Position numbers and translations under genes: made by a program. DNA of 32,506 bases from a virus (taxonomy: Duplodnaviria; Caudoviricetes), in IMG/VR virus record IMGVR_UViG_3300030334_000097, positions 1 to 32,506 of that record; one strand, 5' to 3'. This document shows, in pieces, positions 1 through 7,706 of this stretch (the first letter of the stretch is position 1; every line of letters begins with the position of its first letter). The notes beneath the pieces were generated by a model. That model worked only from the letters and a program-made list of their open reading frames with translations, had not been told where the DNA came from and searched no databases.

Positions 1-3000
1 GGCAAACGTGCCGGACAGGTCTTCGGTTAGGTGCTGTAGTTTTTCCTCTTCGGTGTAGAACGTATCGTAGAAACTACCCAGCGATGCGTTCAGGTTGTCG
101 GCACCGCCCATTAGTTGCGCCATGCCATCGGCGGCGCGCATGGCTCCGGCGGCGTTGGCGTCGAACTGCAGGTTTAGGCGGGCGCTACTGGCATCCAGCA
201 GTTGCATGGCGTTAGCGGCTTGCACTACGCGACCGGTGATTTGCTCGGCATCCAGCCCAAGCCCGCGCAGAGACGCGGAAAAATCACCGTCTAACACATC
301 GACCACGGCAAGCGTGCGAGTAGCCAGCTGGTCCGCGATCCCGGCGGCGTCGCCTGCGTTTAAGCGCACAGCCTGAGCGGCGCTGGCCATGGCCTGCGTT
401 TTCTCTGCGCCGTTGTCTAGGTTGGCGGCTGCCCCCACCATGGCGTTATCTAGCGCGGTGATGCCGTCTAAAAACGCCTTGGCGTTATCAAAGCCGTCGA
501 ACTGCTCTTCTAAGCGGGCGGTGCCTGCATCCGCAAAGCCCACGGTGCCCAACGCACCACGGCTGTAAACGCCCTCCCCGTAGTTTTCAAATAAACCATG
601 CCGGGTGGGGTCTACGTCCTGACCTACGGTGGTTAGCTCGAATTTGGGGGCGGTTTTGCGGCCACCGATGCCAATAGCATCTAGCGCACTGCCGATCACC
701 GTACCGCCAATCGGCATGAACTGACTCAGGAACTGAGAACTGCGGCCATCGGTACGGATGCCTAGCGCATCATACGCGCCCACATTTTTCAGCAGGCTAT
801 CGCCAGCGGATGCCGCCGCGTAAATGGCTAGGGCTGGTCCAGCGGCGGCCATCATGCTGGATAAGCCACCTGCGCTACTGCTCAACCCGCCAGTTAGCGC
901 GTTGCCATACAAGCCACCCTGCGCGGCACCCGTTGCTGCCGAGCTGTACAGCCCGCCCGCTGCCGCCGTGCTACCACCACCAAACCACCCGCTTACGGTA
1001 TCCCAGCCGTTTTTGAGCGAGCCTAGCGAGCCAAGGTTAAAGCCGCCACCCCCGCCGGGCATGCCGGTGGTGTCTAGCCCCATCATGCCCGCGACTTCAA
1101 ACGTCAGTTTTTGCGTGGTGAGCATGTGGGCGATTTCTGCCAGCGTTTGCTGGAAGCCCCGCTTCACAGTATCGAGCGCGCTTTCAGAACCATCGATCAA
1201 GCCTAGCCACAGACCTTGGCCGGAATCATCAATACGGCGCAGCGTGTTATCCGCGACGGTTTCCCAGCTGAGGAAGCTGTTGGCGATGCGCTGGCTGGCA
1301 TCCTCAGAGGCGTTAGCGGTGTTTTCTGTTTCCCGCTGTGCGGCCTGAAACGTCTCTTGCAACATGCCCATGGCCTGCATGTACTGCACGGTGGTCATGC
1401 GGCCCGTGGCCAGGGCGAGGTTCAGCACGCCCACATCCTGCGCGTACTGCCGTGCGGCGCGGCGGTTGGGCTGGATGCGGTCTAGCAGGTTTTCGTTGCT
1501 GTTGGCGAGGCTGGTGGTTTCTTTGGCGGCGCCATTGACAGCTTTGGCTTGAGCGCCTATTTCATCCGTCAGCCGTTCGGCAGTAACTACCATGTCGTCC
1601 ATGACAGCTATGCCGCCTAGTTCAGCGCTGGTCAACTCCTCACGCCTGGCCCGGTGTTCCTCAATTGAGGCAGTAAGTGCGTTAATCTTGTTGCGCTGTT
1701 CTTCAAGACGCTGCTCGGTTTGACGCTCAAGAGTACGTTGGTCGGCAGCCATGCCTTGGCCGTACATTCTAGGGGCTTCACGTAACCGCTCTAACTGCGC
1801 AAACGTCTCTTGCGCCTGCATGCTGACGGTCTTTAAGTCATGAACTAGAACTTCCAGGCGATTACCGACAGCGGCTCGATCAAGGTCGCCCATTCCATCG
1901 CGCAGGTCGTCCAAAAACTCTTCGGTCGTTTTCGTGGCGCGCTGAGTAATCCCTAGTTCTTCGCGAAAGTAGATGATAGCGCCGGCAGCAAGAACAGCAG
2001 CGCCCACAGGTCCACCTACTAAAGCAAATGCCCCCGCAACACCTCGGGTGGCAATCCCAAGCGCAACCTGCGAGGCCGCAGCTGTTCCGCTAACGCCCGC
2101 CATACGCGCCAGCGCAGCTTGGTATGCAATGGATTGCTGAGTAGCCGCCAGCTTTGCAGCGGTGGCAATCGCAAACGCACCCGCGTAGCGGCCTGCCAGC
2201 AGTGCGGCAAGCACTTGAGCGCCATCAGTGAGGTGGCCAACCACCACTTCTGCGCCGCCAATTTCTTGAATAAACGCATTGACGCTTTGTAGTCCTGCCG
2301 TCATCGCAGGCACCAACTCAGAAAGCAACGTCTGGCTGACACCCTGCGCGGCAAACTTGAGCTTATCCACCTCATCGTTATAGGTGGCCATGGCGTTAGC
2401 AGTGTCTTGGCTGATCGTTAGGCCCAGGGCGTCTGCCTCGGCACGCATCGCGGCCATGGCATCGGTACCCTGGTTAACGATCTGCACCAGTTTCACGCCT
2501 TCACTATCCCAAAGCTGCTGGGCTAGGCGCACGCGCTCACTGCTGCTTTCAACGCCCTGCATGGCTTCGGCTATGCGTTCAAACTGGTCTTCCGGCGCCA
2601 GCTGGTTCAGCTCTTTAGCGCTGAGATTTAGCCTGTCTAACGCTGCCACTGCCACGCCGGTGCCGTCTGCCGCTTCGGCAATGCGCCGGGTTTGGCGCTG
2701 CCATGCGGTCGTTAGCTGCCCGAACTCTACGCCGCTCAACTTTGCGACGTAGTTGTACTGGCTAAGCGCCTCGGTGCTGGCACCAATACGTAGGTTGGTT
2801 TTCTGTAGCTGGTCGGCCCAGTTGATCTGGTTTTGTAGCGAGTTAGCGGCAAACATGCCCGCAATGATGCCCGCAATGGGCGCAGCGGCACGGCGCAACA
2901 CCTGCAGTTCTCGGCTAGTGCCGTTGATGTTTTGGGTGAACTGCTTGCTACGGCGCCCACCACGATCAAACCCCTGGTTGAGCTTGCCCAGCTCGTTATC

Positions 3001-3075
3001 CGTGGCCTTAATGGCCCGAATACCACCGCTGGCATCGCCAGTAATGATTAAGCCGGTTTTGTAGTTCTGGGCCAT
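1..3075 (-). CDS. Tail tape measure protein (3' end truncated by window)
   Basis: Not in the ORF track because it has no stop in the window. ATG at 3075 after GAGGTGG RBS gives MAQNYKTGLIITGDASGGIRAIKATDNELGKLN...; Ala/Gly-rich, with LVGGPVGAAVLAAG; same frame still open at base 1 (...FYDTFYTEEEKLQHL...); follows the tail chaperones. Confidence 0.93.
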   Translation of the reverse strand, partial: MAQNYKTGLIITGDASGGIRAIKATDNELGKLNQGFDRGGRRSKQFTQNINGTSRELQVLRRAAAPIAGIIAGMFAANSLQNQINWADQLQKTNLRIGASTEALSQYNYVAKLSGVEFGQLTTAWQRQTRRIAEAADGTGVAVAALDRLNLSAKELNQLAPEDQFERIAEAMQGVESSSERVRLAQQLWDSEGVKLVQIVNQGTDAMAAMRAEADALGLTISQDTANAMATYNDEVDKLKFAAQGVSQTLLSELVPAMTAGLQSVNAFIQEIGGAEVVVGHLTDGAQVLAALLAGRYAGAFAIATAAKLAATQQSIAYQAALARMAGVSGTAAASQVALGIATRGVAGAFALVGGPVGAAVLAAGAIIYFREELGITQRATKTTEEFLDDLRDGMGDLDRAAVGNRLEVLVHDLKTVSMQAQETFAQLERLREAPRMYGQGMAADQRTLERQTEQRLEEQRNKINALTASIEEHRARREELTSAELGGIAVMDDMVVTAERLTDEIGAQAKAVNGAAKETTSLANSNENLLDRIQPNRRAARQYAQDVGVLNLALATGRMTTVQYMQAMGMLQETFQAAQRETENTANASEDASQRIANSFLSWETVADNTLRRIDDSGQGLWLGLIDGSESALDTVKRGFQQTLAEIAHMLTTQKLTFEVAGMMGLDTTGMPGGGGGFNLGSLGSLKNGWDTVSGWFGGGSTAAAGGLYSSAATGAAQGGLYGNALTGGLSSSAGGLSSMMAAAGPALAIYAAASAGDSLLKNVGAYDALGIRTDGRSSQFLSQFMPIGGTVIGSALDAIGIGGRKTAPKFELTTVGQDVDPTRHGLFENYGEGVYSRGALGTVGFADAGTARLEEQFDGFDNAKAFLDGITALDNAMVGAAANLDNGAEKTQAMASAAQAVRLNAGDAAGIADQLATRTLAVVDVLDGDFSASLRGLGLDAEQITGRVVQAANAMQLLDASSARLNLQFDANAAGAMRAADGMAQLMGGADNLNASLGSFYDTFYTEEEKLQHLTEDLSGTFA

Positions 3076-3098
3076 GGGCCACCTCAAATTGCGGGCAC

Positions 3099-3165
3099 AA
3101 AAAAGCCCGCCGAGGCGGGCCTGTTAAATTTCGGGCATTAAAAAACCCGCACGGTGGCGGGTTTT
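3099..3165 (-). terminator. Two tandem intrinsic terminators (second possibly bidirectional)
   Basis: GCCCGC-CGAG-GCGGGC with A6 flank (3099-3120); AAAAAACCCGC-ACGGTG-GCGGGTTTT (3140-3165). Confidence 0.8.
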
Positions 3166-3183
3166 GCTTACTTCATCGTCGGC

Positions 3184-3498
3184 TTACAACCGAGCGCCGC
3201 AGTTATCACACGTTGAGCGCTGGTCAGACACTTCAGCTTGGCAGCTTTTGCACGCGACCCTGCCGCCCGTTATGGGCGCGGCCTCTTTGCTGGCTTCCTT
3301 CGAGTCACGAACCGCAGAGATCAAAAATAGGCATGACGCAACAGCGACCACTACGGCCATTAAACTGCCAAATATAACAATATGCAGCCCATAAAGGGCG
3401 GCCAGTGCTGCCGCAACGCCAATCAGCCACGGTGCCAAGATGACAGCGATGATTACCAAAACTACTAATATTAAAATCTGAACCATTTTGCCCACCAT
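3184..3498 (-). CDS. Small membrane protein with C-terminal zinc ribbon (moron)
   Basis: Long hydrophobic N-terminal region; CKSC...CDNC at the C-terminus; lower GC than flanks. Confidence 0.7.
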   Translation of the reverse strand: MVGKMVQILILVVLVIIAVILAPWLIGVAAALAALYGLHIVIFGSLMAVVVAVASCLFLISAVRDSKEASKEAAPITGGRVACKSCQAEVSDQRSTCDNCGARL

Positions 3499-3698
3499 GA
3501 TTGCTTGTTAGTTGCAGCAAGGTCGCTCAGGCATGACTGCTCATCTACCCGCCTACCCTCGTGATCAACTTCGACAATGTCGCCGCACCCTTCGCAAAGC
3601 ATTGTGGTGGTTTCGCCCTTTCTGCATAACCCGCCTGCGTACTTGGCTGTTTCTGGCCCTAAGTAGCTTATTGAGCACTCTCTGCAATATTCAGCCAC
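3471..3698 (-). CDS. Small Cys-rich hypothetical protein (moron)
   Basis: GTG start after GGGGAA; CREC, C and CEGC motifs; overlaps the next gene. Confidence 0.6.
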   Translation of the reverse strand: MAEYCRECSISYLGPETAKYAGGLCRKGETTTMLCEGCGDIVEVDHEGRRVDEQSCLSDLAATNKQSWWAKWFRF

Positions 3699-3730
3699 GA
3701 CAAATTCCCCGTTGAGTCACCCCAACAGGG

Positions 3731-3759
3731 AACGTACCGCAGTTGATTAAGTTTGGCTA
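3731..3759 (-). promoter_or_regulatory. Candidate sigma70 promoter for the two moron genes
   Basis: TAGCCA-17 bp-TACGTT on the minus strand. Confidence 0.45.
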
Positions 3760-3763
3760 GGCT

Positions 3764-4678
3764 TTAACGAGCCAAGGTACTCTGCAAGCAGCCAGTGGTT
3801 TTGGCGAGCGAGCCGACGAAGTTTTCAATGTGCGCCAGTTTTTCCTCTGCTTTTCGCTTCTGGATGCCGCGTGTTTGGCAGAGGTGCGTGAGCGCTTTTA
3901 GCTCTTCTTGGATGCCTGCCACGCTACCCACTTGCAGGGTGGCCCCGGTGCGGGCGGCTTCCAGCAGTTGCTTAATCAGGCGGCGAATGTCGGAGTAGTA
4001 CATGGCATCCATGCCTACCAAGTGGTGCTCTTGCCATTCGTTCCATGGCCGCGTGATCGGGTAGTCGATGCTTTCTACCGTAGGTGCAGGCAGCGCTTGT
4101 TTACCCAGGTACTCACCTTCCAGCGCCATGCGGTGAACGTACTCGACGGCTTCCGGCAGTTGCTCGGGGGTTAGCTCGTCAATGTGCTCCACGTTGAACC
4201 GGTGGTGCACCAGGGAGTAGGCGGCGCTGTGCATTAGGCCGCGCTTGGTGGTCAACATGGTGACCGCTGCGCGAAGGCCTGCGCGCTCGTCGGGTGTGAC
4301 GGTGCGCGGCTTTACGGCTTGGCCTTTTTGCCAGTAGTTGCTTAGAACTTCAAAACACTCTTCTTGGTACTCCACCAACTTGTCTCGCACTTCTGGCTTT
4401 ACGCGTGAAGCATCTACACCGAATAGCCAACCGTTTAGCTTGGTCAGCGGCAGGGTTAACACCTTCTGAAGCCCGCCTTTTGAAGGTGCGGTTATGATAA
4501 CCGCACCTTTGGCGAGCACTGGATTTCTCTTGATCCTTTGACGCTGGCCGTGCCACTCCAGGCCAATCGAATCACAGATCGGCTTCATTGCAACACGAAT
4601 AATCCCGGCAACGTTAAACGTGGGGATGCTTGCGCCATGAAAATTGATAGATACGGGTGAAGCGGTAAATGCTGTCAT
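3764..4678 (-). CDS. ant: Phage antirepressor, P22 Ant N-terminal (P22_AR_N) type
   Basis: VAMKPICDSIGLEWHGQRQRI...LPLTKLNGWLFGVDASRVKPEVRDKLVEYQEECFEVL motifs; start reassigned to ATG 4678 after AAGGAG RBS (the track's N-terminal extension runs through the c4 RNA). Confidence 0.88.
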   Translation of the reverse strand: MTAFTASPVSINFHGASIPTFNVAGIIRVAMKPICDSIGLEWHGQRQRIKRNPVLAKGAVIITAPSKGGLQKVLTLPLTKLNGWLFGVDASRVKPEVRDKLVEYQEECFEVLSNYWQKGQAVKPRTVTPDERAGLRAAVTMLTTKRGLMHSAAYSLVHHRFNVEHIDELTPEQLPEAVEYVHRMALEGEYLGKQALPAPTVESIDYPITRPWNEWQEHHLVGMDAMYYSDIRRLIKQLLEAARTGATLQVGSVAGIQEELKALTHLCQTRGIQKRKAEEKLAHIENFVGSLAKTTGCLQSTLAR

Positions 4679-4732
4679 GGTGAGACTCCTTTTGCTTGGC
4701 AAAGAGTCCGCCACCAACCTTCCTACAGAATG

Positions 4733-4816
4733 GAGGCGAACCGTACGCGGGGTAGGAAGACCGGAGCAAAAGGTAACCCGGCACACCCGAAGGTGTCCCA
4801 CGCACGGCCCGCCATA
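4733..4816 (-). ncRNA. c4: C4-type antisense RNA
   Basis: Minus strand TATGGCGGGCCGTGCGTGGG-ACACC TTCG GGTGT-GCCGG GTTACCTTTTGCT CCGG-TCTTCCTAC-CCCGCGTACGGTTCGCC folds as the C4 three-way structure; exposed CCTTTTGCT and CTTCCTAC are complementary to sites both upstream and downstream. Confidence 0.85.
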
Positions 4817-4824
4817 ACGGGCAC

Positions 4825-4936
4825 AAAAAAAGCGCCTTTGGGCGCTGTGCGCCTTTTGCTTCGTCGGGTTCCTACGCCCGAGCCACTGATTTTGCAGCGG
4901 CAAGGGAATGTTGGCCCAACTCGGCGCAGGCGTCAA
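4825..4936 (-). promoter_or_regulatory. c4-a1b1 target leader with terminator and candidate promoter
   Basis: TTGACG-17 bp-CAACAT (4908-4936); GCCGCTG/CAGTGGC hairpin; a1 GTAGGAA in CGGG...CCCG loop (4869-4875); b1 AGCAAAAGG (4852-4860); AGCGCC-CAAA-GGCGCT + T-run terminator (4825-4846). Confidence 0.72.
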
Positions 4937-5000
4937 GCTGCCTGTTCATTATGGTGGCGTTGCGGGCGCTTCCCAAGGGGTGCGGTGGGCCTGTTTGGAA

Positions 5001-5504
5001 TTACAGGGGTAGCGGCAACTGCACTCTTTCGCGCCAATATGCCACTTCAGCCTGCAGTCCAGGCTTTTCCCACCGTCGACGAGCAAGCCCTCGGCCATAC
5101 TCACTGCCTAAAGAGTGGCTTTTGTTTTCTCGCTCTTCAGCTTCCTGCAGGCGCTGAAGATCGCTAGGCGAAGATCTCAGTAGCGCATCGATTCTAAGGT
5201 CACACCACACCGCAAAGTCATCATCCAGCCAGCGAGCAAAGGCAACTGCTAGTTTTGGATGCAGCCAGGTGCCCTGTTTTGGACCACCCCTTTGAGTCCT
5301 CACAAGACCGATGCCGGATTTTCCGTCATCGGTCTTACCTAGCGCTTTTGCAAGCGCAGCCATATAACTTTGAGAGGCTGGCAGCTCCAGCCAATGTGAA
5401 GGCCGTTTATCGAAACGCTTGGCAATCTCTGTCGCATTAATCCAGCCCTCGACACTAAAGCTAACAACCTCTCCCTGATACCTGATCGGAATAACGTTAC
5501 TCAT
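5001..5504 (-). CDS. KilA-N domain DNA-binding protein
   Basis: GWINATEIAKRFDKRPSHWL...GTWLHPKLAVAFARWL; start reassigned to ATG 5504 after GGAAGGA. Confidence 0.9.
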   Translation of the reverse strand: MSNVIPIRYQGEVVSFSVEGWINATEIAKRFDKRPSHWLELPASQSYMAALAKALGKTDDGKSGIGLVRTQRGGPKQGTWLHPKLAVAFARWLDDDFAVWCDLRIDALLRSSPSDLQRLQEAEERENKSHSLGSEYGRGLARRRWEKPGLQAEVAYWRERVQLPLPL

Positions 5505-5512
5505 GGTGCGAT

Positions 5513-5621
5513 CCTTCCGGTGATGAGCCATGTCCACCGGGCGTCAGCAGTCCACAGAGTCAGCACCAACTGCTGGCCCCATGACCCATCCCGGAAGGCT
5601 CTGTGTGTCAGCGGCGGTGGA
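5513..5621 (-). ncRNA. Putative structured cis-regulatory RNA leader of kilA-N
   Basis: Long G-U-containing stem sequesters the RBS; alternative 7-nt pairings are possible (see findings). Confidence 0.55.
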
Positions 5622-5631
5622 TGCCGCGCAT

Positions 5632-5657
5632 AAAAAAGCCCCAGCGGTTGCTAGGGC
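5632..5657 (-). terminator. Intrinsic terminator after tail chaperone genes
   Basis: GCCCTAGC-AACC-GCTGGGGC-TTTTTT on the minus strand. Confidence 0.8.
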
Positions 5658-6103
5658 GTGATACTTGTTTCGTAGTGCTGCAAAAGCGCGACTACCTGTA
5701 ACTGGTGACGTGATTCAATGGCCTGTGTTATTTGCTGCCGCTCTTCGCTTTCGTCTATCGGGTTGTCGTTCAGCGCGGCGAGCGCCCCCGCTTCGATGTG
5801 CTGGATCTGCGCCAGCAGCGCGTCTTGCTCGTCATAATCCAAGCGGGCGTATTTTGGATGGCCGTAGAGGGCGGTGTAGTCGATGCCCTGGTGGTGGGCG
5901 CCGCCCATGCCTGCAACCACGCGCCACTGGGTGCGCATGGCGAGAAACAGTTCCAGCGCTGGCCAGTGTTCTTCCCAGACCTCAAACACGTCAGGCTCTT
6001 TAGGACGGGCGGTGTGCTCAATCCCCCAGGCTTTGGCGTCTTCCTCGGTTTGGTCTTTAACCTTTGATCTTCCGCCCGCCCAATACTGGCCAGCGCCGCT
6101 TAG
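5651..6103 (-). CDS. Tail assembly chaperone GT, C-terminal (-1 frame) part, DUF1799-like
   Basis: -1 frame from the slippery site reads LSGAGQYWAGG...FEVWEEHWPALELFLAMRTQWR...GIDY, in frame with track ORF 5651..5989. Confidence 0.8.
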   Translation of the reverse strand, partial: LSGAGQYWAGGRSKVKDQTEEDAKAWGIEHTARPKEPDVFEVWEEHWPALELFLAMRTQWRVVAGMGGAHHQGIDYTALYGHPKYARLDYDEQDALLAQIQHIEAGALAALNDNPIDESEERQQITQAIESRHQLQVVALLQHYETSITP

Positions 6104-6441
6104 TTTTTTGCCGCGGCCTGGCTACGGCCTTCTTGTGCGGCGAACCAAGAAAGAATCAGCGGGCGGCGAATGTAGGTGGTTTGCATGAGTTGTTCTACCA
6201 GCTCTTTGTTGAACGGCATGTCGTTGCCGTTTTCATCCTTGATGCCGCTCACGCCTTCCAGATCGTCTAACAGCTCTTCGTCTTTTTTCTTGCCTGCTTG
6301 CTGGGCTTCTACGGTTTTGCGGTAGGTATCCCAATCGTGCAGCTTCCACGTGGCTTGGATGGTGGAGGGCTTCTCTTCGCCCGGTACATGAACAGGTACA
6401 TCAACGGTCGTGGTGGGGATCTTCTTAAGCACTAATGACAT
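6100..6441 (-). CDS. Tail assembly chaperone G
   Basis: Directly after the tail tube gene; ends GCA AAA AAC TAA (slippery heptamer); start ATG 6441 after AAGGA. Confidence 0.85.
   Translation of the reverse strand: MSLVLKKIPTTTVDVPVHVPGEEKPSTIQATWKLHDWDTYRKTVEAQQAGKKKDEELLDDLEGVSGIKDENGNDMPFNKELVEQLMQTTYIRRPLILSWFAAQEGRSQAAAKN
6103..6109 (-). other. Programmed -1 frameshift slippery site A AAA AAC
   Basis: X XXY YYZ heptamer just before the G stop; -1 frame stays open to 5651. Confidence 0.85.
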
Positions 6442-6509
6442 GGTGTTTTCCTTTGATTGATGCAAATAAGAACGCCGCTCAACGAGCGGCGTGGTTGCGG
6501 GCTGAGTGG

Positions 6510-7466
6510 TTAGCGGAAGATCAACGAGAAGTCGCCGTCATCGTTGCCATTAGGCAGCAGGCGCAGATCCATTTGGTAGTGCGTAATGCCATCGGAGTCA
6601 CTTTCTTGCGGCGCTGATAACTGAGCGCGCGGGAACACCATTTCGACGATGTTGCCCTCTTCGGTGCCGTGGATGAACGACATGGCCGATAGCTCAATTT
6701 TCTCGTGCGATTCGATCTTCGGGAAAATGTTGTATTCATCGATGCGCGGCGCTTCGATGTTGATCTGGCCACTTGCCCGGCGATCCGTTACATGGATGCC
6801 TTCATAATTCACTAGGTGGCGATGCACGACAGTGTTGCCAATATCAAACGAACACGACTGCATGCGCGCCAAGAAGCCATCCATAGTAAACGAGCTGTTC
6901 ATCTTGTTGACCGGCACTTCCTTGGCTTGCGGCGCCAGCGTGCCAGCCGTGGCCGGGGCAGTGGTAGGCCGCTGATACAAGCCCATCACATCAAACTGGA
7001 TGTAGGGGTAGGCCTTGGCATCGCTTGAGCGGGTCCATGTGCCACGCACACCGGGCATGACTTGCAGCTCACCATCTGCCCACCAGAGCAACGAGACCGA
7101 TTCCATGCTTTCGGATACCGGTTCATACACCACTTTTTCGTCGCCAACCGTTTCGTCGATGGTTTCGCTCATCGCACAGCAACGCAGGAGCAGGCTAAAT
7201 GAGGGCGGCACGCCTTTGGTGCCTGAGCCTGAATACGGCACGCGGATCTGGCGAGAGGTACGCGGCGCGGTATTGGTCTGTTCAAAGGCACCAAAGCCTT
7301 GGCGGACGCGTTCTCGTTCTACGGTGTCACCTTCGTAGAAGCCTGCCGCTTCACGCGTGACCACTTCAATCAGTGTGGCCTCAGAGAGATCGGTTGGTGT
7401 TACGCCATACTCGGCTTCAGCAACAACCGCGACGATCAGGCGGCGCCATAATTTCCCTTCACTCAT
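6510..7466 (-). CDS. Major tail tube protein
   Basis: 318 aa; AEAEYGVTP and GSGTKGVPP...LLRCC motifs; located before the chaperones. Confidence 0.85.
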   Translation of the reverse strand: MSEGKLWRRLIVAVVAEAEYGVTPTDLSEATLIEVVTREAAGFYEGDTVERERVRQGFGAFEQTNTAPRTSRQIRVPYSGSGTKGVPPSFSLLLRCCAMSETIDETVGDEKVVYEPVSESMESVSLLWWADGELQVMPGVRGTWTRSSDAKAYPYIQFDVMGLYQRPTTAPATAGTLAPQAKEVPVNKMNSSFTMDGFLARMQSCSFDIGNTVVHRHLVNYEGIHVTDRRASGQINIEAPRIDEYNIFPKIESHEKIELSAMSFIHGTEEGNIVEMVFPRAQLSAPQESDSDGITHYQMDLRLLPNGNDDGDFSLIFR

Positions 7467-7647
7467 TGCCGGTTACCTCTTGCTTGGCCGCTGCCTTAGC
7501 GGGCTTGGGTGCTGCCGTTTCCGTTTTCGCCGGGGTGGCGGGTGTTGGTTCGGGCGCTTTCGCGTACTCAGTGGGCGTTGGCTTGGTGCGGTGCTCTAGC
7601 ACTCGCTTGCCGTTACGGATGACGTAGCGGCCTCCTGCATTGGGCAT
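7459..7647 (-). CDS. Small Pro/Ala/Lys-rich virion-module protein
   Basis: GGAGGA RBS; GGRYVIRNGKRVLEHRT followed by a low-complexity tail; overlaps the tube start. Confidence 0.7.
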   Translation of the reverse strand: MPNAGGRYVIRNGKRVLEHRTKPTPTEYAKAPEPTPATPAKTETAAPKPAKAAAKQEVTGNE

Positions 7648-7665
7648 GGGGTTTCCTCCAGGCGT

Positions 7666-7688
7666 AAAAAAACCCGCACGCGGCGGGG
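7666..7688 (-). terminator. Intrinsic terminator inside late operon
   Basis: CCCGC-CGCGT-GCGGG-TTTTTTT on the minus strand. Confidence 0.7.
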
Positions 7689-7706
7689 TATGGGGTGGTG
7701 GTTGGG

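Noticed and set aside
95-3064. Many plus-strand and alternate-frame ORFs in the track
   Set aside because: They are shadows of the minus-strand tape measure gene, which the track missed because it has no stop in the window
4614-4936. ORF 4614..4826 and the 86-aa N-terminal extension of ant (Ash/Icd-like peptide)
   Set aside because: The region is explained by the c4 RNA, target sites and a terminator; a translated leader peptide cannot be excluded but has no clear RBS
5519-5600. Possible hammerhead ribozyme (TGATGAG)
   Set aside because: Core reads GTGATGAG rather than CTGATGA, and there is no matching GAAA element
6472-6492. Hairpin ACGCCGCTC-AAC-GAGCGGCGT after the tail tube gene
   Set aside because: Ordinary stabilising or weak terminator hairpin after a highly expressed structural gene
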